A DNA stretch of 64,000 nt from Limisphaerales bacterium (GCA_965657355.1 CBFHOE010000009.1:164076-228075); one strand, 5' to 3'; shown: positions 41,464-53,348, numbered from the stretch's first letter. Made by a program: numbers and translations. The notes: generated by a model from the sequence alone, not told the origin.

Positions 41464-43848
41464 TTATCGTTTTTGGAACAGGTCCGATAAAATGAAAGCT
41501 CGCACAAGATTTTTCAGGCGCAATCCTCCATTGAGCTCTGAATGGACGATGCTTTTGAGCGCTTCCTTGTCGTCTATTGTGATAACTCGTCGCAAAGCGT
41601 ATGTCGCCAGATGCTCTAAAAATCCCTCTGCAAATTTTTCTTCCTCATCAGCTATCACCTCTTTGAATTGAAATGGTCCGTCAAAGACTTTTCCATTTGC
41701 CAATTTACCCGTGGCATCTACAGCTGGATCCTCCCCTGCTCCGTCAGCGACTCGCTCAGTCTCACGCCAGCGCCCGACGGCATCGTAATTCTCAAATGCC
41801 AGCCCAAGTGGATCAATTTTTTTATGGCAAGAAATACAATTAGGATCAATGGCATGTGCTTCTAATTTTGCACGGATTGTTTTTTTGGGCTTATTGCCCA
41901 TGACGGGCTCCAAGGGGTCCACATTGGGAGGTGGCGGAGGAGGGGTTCGCGCAAAAAGCGCTTCTAAAACCCATGCTCCACGATGCACTGGGCGGTGACG
42001 GGTTCCATCTGATGTTAAAGATAAAATGGAACCGTGGGTAAGAATCCCCCCCCTTTTCGAGGGGTCCTTAAAATGATGCAGCGCAAATCCCGTTTGCATG
42101 GGCTGAGGTAAATCATAATGCACCGCAAGCCTCTGATTTAACATCGTCCAATCCGATTCTATGAATTCACGGATGGGCAAGTTTCGACGAAACATTTCAG
42201 AAAAATATCGAGTCGTCTCTTCTATCATACTTTCCTCGAGCCATGGCCCGTATGCCGGATACAAATTTGGATCAGGCTGGAACATTCCAACTCGATGCAG
42301 TTGTAGCCATTGTTTTGGAAAAGAATCCAAAAAACGTTCTATTTTTGAGTCCGAAACCATTCTCTCAAATTCACCAGCCAGATTTTCTGGCATATGAAGT
42401 TTCCCGCTTTTGGCAGCACTGAACAATTGTTTGTCGGGCATTGAACTCCAGAGTAAATATGAAAGACGATTAGCCAATTCAGTGTCGTTCACCTTCTCTC
42501 TATCTTGATCGGGCGAGCCTTCTTCAAGGCAAAAAAAGCTTCTGGAAATCAACATGCTCGCAAGCGCGGTGCGATAAGCGGACTTATAGGGAGCACCAGC
42601 CTCCATTTCACTCTCAATCAACTCGACATACTGATCGATCTCAGACGTGGCCACGGGACGCCGCCATGCCCTCTCCGCAAATTGTTTTAAGCAGCTAAGT
42701 CTCTCTGCCGAGCTACTCGTTTTTTCAGGGAAAATTTTATTAAGATTTGCTTCTTGATTACCGTCTTGAATGGGCCCCTCAATTTCTACCCAATCCACCA
42801 GCAGCAACGGCATAGTTGGTTGCCCATTTTCATCGACAACCTTCGTCCATGGAGAACGGTGGCCTCCAATCAGAGATTTAATTAATTTGTCGGCATCAAT
42901 CACTTCATTACGAAAGAGAGAGAGCCCGCCATTTGCGTGTTTCATGGTTCGCGCATGATTCCGAATGGTATAAATACCAGAGGGATACAAGCCATCAAAT
43001 TCCAACGTCGCAGGAGCATTTTCCTCAGCAACGAGGTCGGCACCTGCATAGGATCTTTTATGATAATTATGCCATACGGATAATCTTGGAATACGCCCAG
43101 TAAAAGCGGGCAAGCCACTGGCACGCACTCTCAGCAAGTAACGACCTGGATGTTTTATTTCAAATTTCCAACCTTCCCCGAGTTGCAGCAGTTGGCGTTT
43201 TCCCGGTCCTACTGATTTTTTTTCAGTGCGGGAAGTTATTTTTTGATCCGGAAAAGCGAGCTCTACAACAGTGTCGGCAGCCTCGAGATAACGCTGGATG
43301 TGGGAGGGGGAAAGAGATAGCAAAGCACCGACACGGTCAAATCCTTGCCAACGAGGTTCCTCATTAAAAGCTCCTGGCGCATCTACATCGAAGACGACAC
43401 CTAAAAGGTCGTATATGGTATGTGCATATTCTTCACGACTGAGACGATATTGTTGGTAGAGTCCGCGCTTAGCCATTCGAATAGCAGAACCTTCACGCAC
43501 TTTTTGAGTGAGGAATTCTACCACACGCCCAATCTCTGCGGCAGAGGGTTGGGGTTCTTCTGGCGGAGGCATCTCCGCCGATTTGATGCGAAAAGCAACT
43601 TCGCTCCACTTTTCAGCTGCGACTGGATCGTGGAAATCGGGTTCCAAGTTATCGATCCTAAATCCACCCTTCTGTTTAGACTCCCCATGACACCTTGAAC
43701 AATGGGATTGTATGAAACCCTGAGTTGCAGCATCCAGTTCTTCTTCACATTTCACGGCCATGGTGGAATGAAGAATCATTGTTAAGACAGTAAAAAACCC
43801 AATGATTAGTCTCTTGGGTCCCAATAAACTAAAACAAAAAAAATTCAT
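41464..43848 (-). CDS. DUF1592/DUF1588 cytochrome c domain protein
   Basis: CSRCH..EMPP, RLSREEYAHTIYDLLG, RAWRRP, LSYLLWSSMPD, RPVHRGAW, CISCHKKIDPLG. Confidence 0.9.
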   Translation of the reverse strand: MNFFCFSLLGPKRLIIGFFTVLTMILHSTMAVKCEEELDAATQGFIQSHCSRCHGESKQKGGFRIDNLEPDFHDPVAAEKWSEVAFRIKSAEMPPPEEPQPSAAEIGRVVEFLTQKVREGSAIRMAKRGLYQQYRLSREEYAHTIYDLLGVVFDVDAPGAFNEEPRWQGFDRVGALLSLSPSHIQRYLEAADTVVELAFPDQKITSRTEKKSVGPGKRQLLQLGEGWKFEIKHPGRYLLRVRASGLPAFTGRIPRLSVWHNYHKRSYAGADLVAEENAPATLEFDGLYPSGIYTIRNHARTMKHANGGLSLFRNEVIDADKLIKSLIGGHRSPWTKVVDENGQPTMPLLLVDWVEIEGPIQDGNQEANLNKIFPEKTSSSAERLSCLKQFAERAWRRPVATSEIDQYVELIESEMEAGAPYKSAYRTALASMLISRSFFCLEEGSPDQDREKVNDTELANRLSYLLWSSMPDKQLFSAAKSGKLHMPENLAGEFERMVSDSKIERFLDSFPKQWLQLHRVGMFQPDPNLYPAYGPWLEESMIEETTRYFSEMFRRNLPIREFIESDWTMLNQRLAVHYDLPQPMQTGFALHHFKDPSKRGGILTHGSILSLTSDGTRHRPVHRGAWVLEALFARTPPPPPPNVDPLEPVMGNKPKKTIRAKLEAHAIDPNCISCHKKIDPLGLAFENYDAVGRWRETERVADGAGEDPAVDATGKLANGKVFDGPFQFKEVIADEEEKFAEGFLEHLATYALRRVITIDDKEALKSIVHSELNGGLRLKNLVRAFILSDLFQKR

Positions 43849-45050
43849 GGCAGTCTAAGTTTGGAAGCACGCTCAAAGTCTTCGGGAGTAACCAACCATT
43901 CGTCAAACGGGAGCAATACATATGTCCAAGGCCCTTTGAGCCGGACAACTCTTCCCGGACGAAAACCATCAAGCATTTGGGGCACTTTAAGTCTAATTTT
44001 AATGCCACTGCTACCACGTGGTGGATTTTCTAAATCAATCCATTCGAGACGTTCACTCGGAACGGCATATTCAGCGTGGAAAGCCCAAGTACGCAATGTC
44101 ATTTCAGCATCACAAATTTTGTGATGAGTTGTTTTTTTCATTTCTTTGTAAAGCAAAGGATCCATTCCTGAAAACAAGGTAACACTTAACTCACCACCAC
44201 CCGTATCGTTGTTCTGCACAGAATCTACCCAACCGGGCAAGAAGCGAGATCTAATAAGTCTCAAATGACGCTGCCGCTGTATTTCGCTGAAAGCATCAAA
44301 ACTTTCTTTGTCTAACCAAACGTCAGTGGTTGCCAAACTTTCAAACGGCCCCCAAGTAAGATTGACCTGAGCCAGTAGCCCGGATTTGACCTGGTCTAAA
44401 TCGACCAGTTGCCTATCTTTCCAAATCCGGGTTGATGCATCGATATCGAAAAGAGCGGGCTTATTAATGCCACCATCAATGCGGGGCCCCACGGGCTCGA
44501 CAGAAAGTTTCAAGCGAGGAGCAGGACCGCCGCCCTGTTCCGTCCCGAGAATTTTCCATGATCGACCTTGGCGGGAGTAAAAGGTGGCGTCGTCCTCTAA
44601 AAGAATGGCGTGATTGTAACGACCTTCTGGATATTTTTTTAACTGTGCCGCAGTCAATTGCGGAATTGTATCCTCTTCACCTTTCATGGGGAGAAGAAAG
44701 CGCCCATGCATATGCGTTCCATTCGGAATGTGACGTATGTCCGCTGGAGCACCGTGATAATAAACCGTACCATATGGCAACATAGCGAAATAATGCCGAC
44801 GGGGATCCGAGGTAGCATCACCTTTTCTCAGAGCGCCGCGACGATTCATGGGATCCATAAAAACCAAATCACCTGAAAAGTGAATTCCAGCTCCTTCGGG
44901 TGGGAATCGGCCAGGAATTGGGGTGTGGTCCCTTACCGACTGAACTGGCAATTTATCATTGCCTATCAAAGAGCCCCCACAAAACACAAAGAAGACAACT
45001 ACAGCCAAAGACTGCCATTGCCTATAATGAGTTATCCCAAGACGTTTCAT
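43845..45050 (-). CDS. Hypothetical secreted protein within the DUF1552-DUF1592 operon
   Basis: 401-aa ORF with ATGA overlaps to both neighbours and a signal-like N-terminus. Confidence 0.75.
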   Translation of the reverse strand: MKRLGITHYRQWQSLAVVVFFVFCGGSLIGNDKLPVQSVRDHTPIPGRFPPEGAGIHFSGDLVFMDPMNRRGALRKGDATSDPRRHYFAMLPYGTVYYHGAPADIRHIPNGTHMHGRFLLPMKGEEDTIPQLTAAQLKKYPEGRYNHAILLEDDATFYSRQGRSWKILGTEQGGGPAPRLKLSVEPVGPRIDGGINKPALFDIDASTRIWKDRQLVDLDQVKSGLLAQVNLTWGPFESLATTDVWLDKESFDAFSEIQRQRHLRLIRSRFLPGWVDSVQNNDTGGGELSVTLFSGMDPLLYKEMKKTTHHKICDAEMTLRTWAFHAEYAVPSERLEWIDLENPPRGSSGIKIRLKVPQMLDGFRPGRVVRLKGPWTYVLLPFDEWLVTPEDFERASKLRLP

Positions 45051-46414
45051 GCTACCACTTCAGAGACGACACCATTAGAGTCGGCAAAAGATTCAGCCTG
45101 TACGCCCATGCGCTGTGCCATAGTCAAGAGCAGATTACTGAAATGAGCTTTGGGATTAACAGGACTATGATAGTGTCGAATCCCCGAGTTATACCCTTTG
45201 AATTCGCCAATTTTTTTATTGTAGTCCACGTGGGCTCCATGCCTCAGGCCCAGCCGTTTTCCACCTGCTAACACCAATGGGAGGCTTGTTGTTCCATGGC
45301 TGTTTCCATATGACAATCCACTTCCATATAAGGCCATAGTCGAATCCAAAAGGGGAACCCCTGCATCATCAGTTTCGCTTAACCTTTTTAGAAAATAACC
45401 AAACTGCTCCACATTAAAAGTATCGCTGCGCGAAAGCTGATTTAAAAGATCCCTGTCGCCATTGTGATGTGACAGAGAATGGCGGTCACGATTAATACCA
45501 ATTTCAGGAACAGATGGCCCTGTTCCCTCATTCCCAGTATTGAACGTGACTACGCGTGTCATATCAGTCCGAAAGGCAAGAACGATGATATCGTACATTG
45601 TTCGTAAATATTCACCAAGGCGCTTCAGTTCAATATCGCGGTTTAATTTTGAAGCAACATCTTCTTCGATATTTGGTCGGGGGGTTTCTAACCAGGCCTC
45701 GGCTCGTTTTGTTCGTATCTCAACCTCACGGGCAGCCATAAGGTATTGGTCCAGCCTGCCCCTGTCCTCATGGCCTAATTGACGTGCGAAGGATTTTGCA
45801 TCATCGAGAACTAGATCCAACATGCTCTGCTGGCGGCGAAGTCGGCGGCGCTGTTTATCCACGCCGCCCTTGGGTTCGGTGAAAAGCCTTTGAAATACGG
45901 TCGCGGGATTCTTTTCGGTGGGAAGAGTTATACCGTCAGCACTGACGGCCATGGGTAGTCCCTGGTTACTGATCTCCAATGATGGGAAGCGCGTTTTAGC
46001 CCCAACATGACGAGCCATTAATTGATCAACAGAAATGGTATTGCGATCCGAAGGACCGTGTTTGGCTCCTGTTAACCATGTTTGTGTGGCATTATGAGCT
46101 ACCCCAAAAGCATTCGGGTGATAAAAACCACTTACAGGTGAAATTAGATGGCGGAAATTTTCCAATGGGCGAAGAATTTTGGAAAACTGGTAGTCCTTCC
46201 CGGATTCAGACATCTCATAATCATGAGTATTGACGCCATTTGGGAGATATACAAAAACGCTGCGCCGGGGACGTTCATCGCTCACTGCTGCACGCAGGGG
46301 CCGCATGCAATCCAACATTGGCAGCATCATCGATGCGCCAATCCCTCGCAAAAAATGTCGGCGATGAGTAAGCCACCTCTGTGATAAGAAATTTGCCATG
46401 GAATTGAGAATCAA
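45047..46414 (-). CDS. DUF1552 domain protein (Tat-exported)
   Basis: THRRHFLRG, VYLPNGV, TISVDQ, AFRTDMTRV, canonical RHSLSHH motif. Confidence 0.9.
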   Translation of the reverse strand: MILNSMANFLSQRWLTHRRHFLRGIGASMMLPMLDCMRPLRAAVSDERPRRSVFVYLPNGVNTHDYEMSESGKDYQFSKILRPLENFRHLISPVSGFYHPNAFGVAHNATQTWLTGAKHGPSDRNTISVDQLMARHVGAKTRFPSLEISNQGLPMAVSADGITLPTEKNPATVFQRLFTEPKGGVDKQRRRLRRQQSMLDLVLDDAKSFARQLGHEDRGRLDQYLMAAREVEIRTKRAEAWLETPRPNIEEDVASKLNRDIELKRLGEYLRTMYDIIVLAFRTDMTRVVTFNTGNEGTGPSVPEIGINRDRHSLSHHNGDRDLLNQLSRSDTFNVEQFGYFLKRLSETDDAGVPLLDSTMALYGSGLSYGNSHGTTSLPLVLAGGKRLGLRHGAHVDYNKKIGEFKGYNSGIRHYHSPVNPKAHFSNLLLTMAQRMGVQAESFADSNGVVSEVVA

Positions 46415-46650
46415 AAATAGGTGGAAACCTGCTTTTTGTAAAGACAGTCCACAATGACTTCAAAGCTTCAAATTTAATTCATCATTCACAAAGGGAAGTG
46501 TGGAATTATATTTGAGATTTCGTGATCATCACGACTTCAAGACGGGGCCCGTTTTTAATATTGATACTATGTAGAAAATATAGCTCCTTGAAACCTTATT
46601 GGATCGAGTTCAAAATGTGTTCATTACAAAAAATAAATTCAGACATTAAA

Positions 46651-47619
46651 ATGAAAAGAATTTTTATAGGATTAGTAGCTTTGTGGATGTTGAGTTCGGC
46701 GATAGCAAAAGAACCCGCCCCATTATCCGTATTATTTGTTGCGGGGCCCGACACGCACGGTTGGGGGGCGCATGACCACAATCCAAGCACCGGAGCACTA
46801 TCGGAGTCACTTAAAGACGCCATGGGTGATGCGGTTCAAATCAATGTGGCATGGAGCAGGTGGCCCGAGGATGACGAATTAGCCAAAGCAGATGTATGTG
46901 TCATCTACTCGGATGGTTGGAACCGTAGCGTATTAAAAGGAGATAAGAGGCTTAAACAAATAAGGAATTTTTTAAATGCCGGCAAGGGCGTCTTGCGGAT
47001 CCATTGGGCCACCGGAAGTGATCCGTCGGAAAAGGAGTATCATCGATCCTTATTTGGTGGAAATATGGAAAGCGATTACTCCGTGCATTCCACACTATGG
47101 AATCAAAAATTCTCTCTCGGAGATCACCCTATCACACATGGCATGAAGCCATTCGAACTGGTCGACGAATGCTACTTTCATATGCGCTGGGCCGACGAGG
47201 AAAAATCTGGCGTAATCGATATATTGAGTGCAAAACCTGGACCAAAATTCAAAGCTAATTCCGTAACCCCTAAGGCACGTGCATCTTTGGAGCGAGATCT
47301 CCCACAAACCGTCGCATGGGTTTACACCCGTCCCAAAGGTGGTCGTACATTCTCATATACTGGTGGTCATTTTCATTGGGATTGGGCTAATGACAACGCA
47401 CGAAAGATGATACTGAATGCCATTGTTTGGGCGGGAGGTCGAGAAGTTCCCAAAGGTGGGTTAGTCAGCAAACGACCATCAGCCGAGCGTCTTATCAGTT
47501 TGATGCAAGAAAGAGGAAACAAAACAAACCCCGACTGGAAAGCGGAAGACTTGCAACCCTTGTTGAATCAATTAAACCAGGAAGGTGAAAAGATCGATTG
47601 GAGAAGGCCTCCTTTTTAG
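46651..47619 (+). CDS. ThuA-like (class I glutamine amidotransferase-like) domain protein, secreted
   Basis: VLFVAGPDTHGWGAHDH, GKGVLRIHWA, HPITHGM..DECY, GGRTFSYTGGHFHWDW. ATG at 46651 begins a signal peptide. Confidence 0.8.
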   Translation: MKRIFIGLVALWMLSSAIAKEPAPLSVLFVAGPDTHGWGAHDHNPSTGALSESLKDAMGDAVQINVAWSRWPEDDELAKADVCVIYSDGWNRSVLKGDKRLKQIRNFLNAGKGVLRIHWATGSDPSEKEYHRSLFGGNMESDYSVHSTLWNQKFSLGDHPITHGMKPFELVDECYFHMRWADEEKSGVIDILSAKPGPKFKANSVTPKARASLERDLPQTVAWVYTRPKGGRTFSYTGGHFHWDWANDNARKMILNAIVWAGGREVPKGGLVSKRPSAERLISLMQERGNKTNPDWKAEDLQPLLNQLNQEGEKIDWRRPPF

Positions 47620-47694
47620 CCGAAACAAGCAAAAGGCCGTCATCCGCTGAGGCTACGTTTTATCAAAATTATCGAGACGCTGATGTCTGATTTT

Positions 47695-49068
47695 TCAGGC
47701 CTTTATTTGATCAATCTGTTTAGTAGCAATGCCGATTGGGCGATCCAATGGGATACCAGCACAGGAGAGAAGCGTTGTCAGCAGATCGGCTTGGTTACCT
47801 TTGACATTTGAGAGAAGGCGTCCTGTATGAATAGCACCTCCACCTTTTCCTGCGATGATGAAAGGGAGATTTTCGCGTCCGTGCTTGTTACCATCTTCCA
47901 ATCCTGAACCCCACATCATAATACAATTATCAAGTAGAGTTCCGTCCCCTTCCTTGAGTGAATGCATTTTGTTTACCATGTAGGCGAACTGATCAACATT
48001 CAATTTGTTAATCGCGGCTACCTTACGGATTTTTTCCTGATCACTCCCGTAGTGTGTTTGAGAATGGTGTTGGTTAGAGAATCCCAACTCAGGATAAGAT
48101 GCTCCATTCGGTCTGGATCCTATATAGGTGCTGACGCGAGTCGTGTCAGTTTGGAAGGCAAGGATAGTGAGATCACACATCACTTGCATATATTCACTGC
48201 GCTTATCACCCTCAGGGATCTTCACTTCAATGGGAGCAGAATCTGTGGCATGCCGCTTTGACGGGGCAACACCATTTTTCTCGAAAGCGGCTTCTTGTTG
48301 GCGCGTTTCGATTGCAGCAATCCGGCGTTCCAGCGAGCGAACGCTATTTAAATATTCGTCGAGCTTTTGTTGGTCGTCTTTGGCAAGGTTCCGACGGAGG
48401 TCTCGAGCCCCTCCAAGCACCCGGTCCAGCATCTTGCGGTCCAATGGGTTGGCTTGAGTCACCCTACCTTCTTTTCCTCGTTTACCGAAAAGTCGATTCA
48501 ATACATTGCGTGGATCCGTCTCAGCCGGCACGGGCTGCGTAGGTGACCGGAAACTACAATAATTATAGTAGCCTTCATGGAGACCTTCCTGGTTTTCTTT
48601 CCAGGTCTGGGGCATGGTGGCCAGCTCCAAAGATGGGAGTAAAGTTTGGGCTCCAACATAATTGGCCATGATTTGGTCGGCGGAAATGGAAATTTTAATG
48701 CGATCTCTGGAATCAGGATCGGGTAAACGCCCAGTGAGCCAAGTAGATAGTTCTAAAGCGTGCGGTGCCCCATTGAATGGTGTGATTGGCACACCAGAGA
48801 TTCCTTTCATCATAAGGCACTGATTCATGATTGGTTTCAATGACTGGATGATGGATGGGGATGCTTTGAGAAATTCTTCCTGATTCTCGGGCCAGAATTG
48901 ATCCATAATGACACCGTGCGGCATATACATAAAGGCCATCCTCACTGGAGGCTTGCCCGAAACCGCGGGGGAGGCCAAAGAGTCCATGAACGGTAGAGAC
49001 AGAGAGACCCCTACCCCTTTAAGGAAGTTGCGACGATCGAATTTCGATGGCTGATTATTGGTATTCAT
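47695..49068 (-). CDS. DUF1552 domain protein (Tat-exported)
   Basis: [46 protein letters not shown]. Confidence 0.9.
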   Translation of the reverse strand: MNTNNQPSKFDRRNFLKGVGVSLSLPFMDSLASPAVSGKPPVRMAFMYMPHGVIMDQFWPENQEEFLKASPSIIQSLKPIMNQCLMMKGISGVPITPFNGAPHALELSTWLTGRLPDPDSRDRIKISISADQIMANYVGAQTLLPSLELATMPQTWKENQEGLHEGYYNYCSFRSPTQPVPAETDPRNVLNRLFGKRGKEGRVTQANPLDRKMLDRVLGGARDLRRNLAKDDQQKLDEYLNSVRSLERRIAAIETRQQEAAFEKNGVAPSKRHATDSAPIEVKIPEGDKRSEYMQVMCDLTILAFQTDTTRVSTYIGSRPNGASYPELGFSNQHHSQTHYGSDQEKIRKVAAINKLNVDQFAYMVNKMHSLKEGDGTLLDNCIMMWGSGLEDGNKHGRENLPFIIAGKGGGAIHTGRLLSNVKGNQADLLTTLLSCAGIPLDRPIGIATKQIDQIKA

Positions 49069-49091
49069 ATTTCTGCTCCTCTTTTGATTAA

Positions 49092-51008
49092 CTATTTTTG
49101 AACTCTTCGGTGGGTAAATAAATAACTTGTAATGACTTCAGTAATAATGGTTTTGACACGGAAATCGTCTTGAGCTGCCCGAGTCATCAGGCGGTCGATG
49201 ATGATTTCATCATAACCTTCCAATTTACGACCAAGTGCGTGCGACATAAGTCTCTCCACAAAATTGCGTGCCAGGTCGACCTCGCGCTTTGCCAAAAGTT
49301 GCTTTAATGCTGCTGGGCTTGTGAATGAACTTCCACTTGGGAGTTTCCCCATGGAGTCGATCGCCACACCGGCTTCATTCTTCTCACGCCAGCGGCCGAT
49401 AGCATCGAAATTCTCAAGCCCGAAACCGATAGGATCCAAAACACGGTGGCAATTAGCACATACAGGATTCTTGGTATGGAGCTCGGTTCGCTGACGAAGC
49501 GTCAATCCATCACTACTTATTTCCTCCTGTTCGTCGAGTTCTGGAACATCCGGAGGGGGAGGAGGGACTTGTTCGCCTAGGATTTGTTCCAAAACCCATA
49601 CCCCTCGACGCACCGGGCTAGTTCGATTCGGAAAAGACGTAGCCGCAAGTGTCGCTGACATGCCGAGGATGCCTCCACGGTTCGGGTTATCCAACGCCAC
49701 CCGGCGCATCTCAGAGCCCAGTATGGGGGGATCAGGATGCAAGCCGTATAAGTCGGCAAGCGACTCATTCATAAAAGTGTAGTCACTGTCTATAAATTGA
49801 GTTATGCGCTGATTCTCATGGATGATATTTTCAAAAAGCAATCGAGGTTCATCAACCATTGCACCTAGCAGTTCAGGCGTTATTTCGGGAAAAAGTTCTG
49901 GATCAAAAACCTGGCTCTGCAGGTTATTCACTCGAAGCCACTGTGCGCCGAAGCTATCAAACAAGGCGCGAGCACGAGGATGTTTTAAAAGTCTATCAAC
50001 TTGCTCCTTTAGGATTTTCGTTTGATGAAGCATCCCCTGGTCGGCAAGTTTTGACAACTCATCATCTGGCGGTGCTGCCCACAAAAGGTATGAAACGCGC
50101 GAGGCCAACTGGTGGTCGTCCAGTCTCATGATTTCATCGTTAAACTGGAGATCTGGATTGGGAGTGATGAAGAGAAACTGGGGAGACACAAGAACTGACT
50201 TCAGCACCAGCCCCAGCGAATCCGTGTAGTCCATGCCATTGTCCTGGGCAAGATCAAAGACATCGACCAGAACGTCCAGCTCCGTGTCAGAAACTGGTCT
50301 GCGAAACGCCTGGCGAGCCAGTTTACCTGCTACACGTCGAGCAGCAAGGCGAGGATCAGCATCTTCCTCGGGATTGTCACCAAAAAGCTGCTTTTGTAGA
50401 TCAGATTGAGCCTTACCCTTTGGCGCGATAATTTGGTCAACAACGCGATTAGCTAGCTCAAGGAAAAGTTCTGATTGGAGCGGGGATATCGAATTGAGAT
50501 AGCCTTCACCCACGACTTCATCTGGAAGCAGCTCTGCAATTGAGGGGTCTATCCCATAAAGGTCATGTAATGTGTTGCCATATTCCACTGGCGTTAAGCG
50601 ACGGATGACAAATGGCCCAGGATTTCTGGGGCTTAAGTATTTAAGCATCCCCATCCACTCAATGAATTGGAGTCTTTCTTCTTCGGTTGGCTTTTTACGA
50701 GATTCCTCAGGCGGCATGTCGTGCACCTTCACACTTGCGACGGCCTTCTTCCAATTAAGAAATGCCGTCCCCCGACCAGGAGCCTTGAGCGCCACCTCGA
50801 AACTGATATTCGCCTTGGCACGACCGCCTCCATGGCATTTTGTGCAGTATTTTTTCACGAAAGGCCCGACCTGCTCTTTAAAAACTCTTTTGGCTTCAAT
50901 TCGAAGTTCGGCCTCATCTGCGCCGACCACATCGCCTTGAGCATAGCTGGTTACGACCGGCGACAAGCCAATCACGCAACCGAAGACAGCGGACTTAATG
51001 AGATCCAT
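49092..51008 (-). CDS. DUF1592/DUF1588 cytochrome c domain protein
   Basis: [58 protein letters not shown]. Start 51008 or 51044. Confidence 0.9.
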   Translation of the reverse strand: MDLIKSAVFGCVIGLSPVVTSYAQGDVVGADEAELRIEAKRVFKEQVGPFVKKYCTKCHGGGRAKANISFEVALKAPGRGTAFLNWKKAVASVKVHDMPPEESRKKPTEEERLQFIEWMGMLKYLSPRNPGPFVIRRLTPVEYGNTLHDLYGIDPSIAELLPDEVVGEGYLNSISPLQSELFLELANRVVDQIIAPKGKAQSDLQKQLFGDNPEEDADPRLAARRVAGKLARQAFRRPVSDTELDVLVDVFDLAQDNGMDYTDSLGLVLKSVLVSPQFLFITPNPDLQFNDEIMRLDDHQLASRVSYLLWAAPPDDELSKLADQGMLHQTKILKEQVDRLLKHPRARALFDSFGAQWLRVNNLQSQVFDPELFPEITPELLGAMVDEPRLLFENIIHENQRITQFIDSDYTFMNESLADLYGLHPDPPILGSEMRRVALDNPNRGGILGMSATLAATSFPNRTSPVRRGVWVLEQILGEQVPPPPPDVPELDEQEEISSDGLTLRQRTELHTKNPVCANCHRVLDPIGFGLENFDAIGRWREKNEAGVAIDSMGKLPSGSSFTSPAALKQLLAKREVDLARNFVERLMSHALGRKLEGYDEIIIDRLMTRAAQDDFRVKTIITEVITSYLFTHRRVQK

Positions 51009-51354
51009 TGTTGATAATCGCGGCGACAGCATTACCACTATCAAACCACAAAAACTGCCGAAATTGAACTAAAAAGAGGAATTGTAATCATAATGGCATG
51101 GTCGCATGGATCAAATGATGAGATTACAGGCTTAATCCACAATATGAAGTAGTTTATATAACATTCACTTGACTAAGCAGAATCGATGTGAGAGCTTGCC
51201 CGCCAGCTGGAATTCGTGTCTCTGAAAAAGCCCCGTTCACTCCTACTGATACGGGTTTGTAATAACCCAAAAAAAGTCGCCTCGAAGCGCAGATATTTTT
51301 CCCTCAAATCCGGTGGTGGAGAAGTAACCATATCTCCGGATTTGAACATAATAC

Positions 51355-52749
51355 ATGATAGTAAAAAGAAAGTCGGTTAGTAAAAAGCGCAGAAAACCTT
51401 CCCATTCCGACCAGTCAATAAATCCTGACAGCCCCGAACTATACCCGGACGGCAAGATCACGGAATGGCCTGATAGTTGTTCATTCAAACTTTTGATTCC
51501 CGAGCTTCAGCATAGCCTTTCGGGTCAGAATTTTAAAGAATCAACACCAGTTCAAAGACAATGCATTCCTATTCTATTAGGCGAGAATGATCTATTAGCA
51601 ACGGCCCAAACCGGGACCGGCAAAACAGCAGCTTTTATCCTCCCACTCCTGCAAAAAACCTACCAGGCCAGGAATGCCGTCGCAGGCAATTCAGCAAAAA
51701 ATCTTATTCTTGCGCCAACTCGTGAACTTGCTCTGCAAATACAGCAGGAGCTTAAATCTTTAGGAAGCCATCTCAGATTTCGAGAAACTGTTGTTTACGG
51801 CGGCGTTTCTCAAAACCCTCAGGTAAAAGCCATGCGAAGGGGAGTAGATTTTCTGATCGCAACACCTGGTAGGCTATTGGATTTAATGAACCAAGGGCAC
51901 ATCAAATTAGATGCTGTTGAGTCGCTGGTATTGGACGAGGCTGATCGCATGCTGGACATGGGATTCATTCATGATGTTCGGCGAATCATTGCCAAGTTAC
52001 CAAAAAAGCGAAACGTAGCTCTTTTTTCGGCAACATTTCCAAAAGAAGTCCGAAACTTATCTGATGAATTACTCGAAGATCCCGAACAGATCGTCATTGC
52101 ACCTGAAAAAATCACCGTTGATCAAATTTCACAGAGCGTCTTTTTCGTCACCGATAAGGGGAAGCATCCACTACTTCTGCATCTTCTTGAGGATCCAAAA
52201 GTTAGAAGAGTAATTATCTTCGTCCAAATGAAGCATACAGCCAATAAGCTGGTTGAAAAGCTCGATAGGGCTAACGTCGAATCAATGGCCATTCACGGTA
52301 ATAAAAGTCAAGCAGCCCGAATTAAAGCGTTGGATCGATTCCGGCGTGGGCAATTGAGCGTTTTAATAGCAACTGATGTTGCCGCAAGGGGAATTGATGT
52401 CGAAGGTATCACCCATGTGATCAATTACCAACTCCCAGAGGAGGCCGAAACATACGTTCACAGGATTGGCCGCACGGGTCGCGCCGGCGAATCTGGCAGC
52501 GCCCTGTCTTTTTGCTCATCGAAGGATTTGGGGAACCTTAAAAGTATTGAAAGAATGCTTAAGAGGCCAATTCATAAAAATGAAGAGCACCCTTTCCATT
52601 GCCCATTAACGGCTCAAATGGCTGATAAGCCTAAAAATGGGACGAAGAAGAAAAATAAAGCCAAACCCCGCAGAAAAAATGCATACGCTCAAGCAAAACC
52701 GAGAAGAAAAGGTTCTTCATTGCGGCGTTCAAAGAGCAATTCAAAGTAA
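51355..52749 (+). CDS. rhlE: DEAD-box ATP-dependent RNA helicase (RhlE-like)
   Basis: AQTGTGKT, PTRELA, TPGRL, DEADRMLDMGF, SAT, ARGID, HRIGRTGRAG, basic C-terminal tail. Confidence 0.85.
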   Translation: MIVKRKSVSKKRRKPSHSDQSINPDSPELYPDGKITEWPDSCSFKLLIPELQHSLSGQNFKESTPVQRQCIPILLGENDLLATAQTGTGKTAAFILPLLQKTYQARNAVAGNSAKNLILAPTRELALQIQQELKSLGSHLRFRETVVYGGVSQNPQVKAMRRGVDFLIATPGRLLDLMNQGHIKLDAVESLVLDEADRMLDMGFIHDVRRIIAKLPKKRNVALFSATFPKEVRNLSDELLEDPEQIVIAPEKITVDQISQSVFFVTDKGKHPLLLHLLEDPKVRRVIIFVQMKHTANKLVEKLDRANVESMAIHGNKSQAARIKALDRFRRGQLSVLIATDVAARGIDVEGITHVINYQLPEEAETYVHRIGRTGRAGESGSALSFCSSKDLGNLKSIERMLKRPIHKNEEHPFHCPLTAQMADKPKNGTKKKNKAKPRRKNAYAQAKPRRKGSSLRRSKSNSK

Positions 52750-53348
52750 CCCATAGTGTAAAATAACCAGCCCTGTAGAATTTTCTATCAATGCATTTTC
52801 GACCATACTGTTTCAATGATATCAACAAATCCGATCCGTTGTAGGCGGATTTCGTTGCAATTTATCGAAATGCACGTCAGAGTGTTAAAGAATTAAACAT
52901 GAATTGATTGAAATTCTCTATTTGCGCCGTTTCGAAGGAACTATTTACTGCCACCGATCAAAATTTCACTTATCTATTGCAAAGCTCAAGCGATTCCGCA
53001 CTATACCTCCTGCTAAAACTGAGTAGGAATATCCGAATAGAAATGCTCATTTTCAAATCGAAGAAACAATTCCTCAAAATGGGAATCAAAAAATAATAAA
53101 AATTGAAAAAAATTGGACAAATTAAACTCCATGACTATCTGGTATATGGAACCGGGTTTTGGGGTGTATCAAAAAACCAGCGACCCCATAAGAGCTAAAT
53201 TTCGATTCTCAGTGAAGACGACAATTTGAAAATTCGGGCGTCTGATGAAAAGTTCGGATCAAATTAAATTGCAATCAACAATACTTTTACTTCAATATCG
53301 ATACATAAAAAAACAACTACATATTAAAATACAAATACAAATACAATT

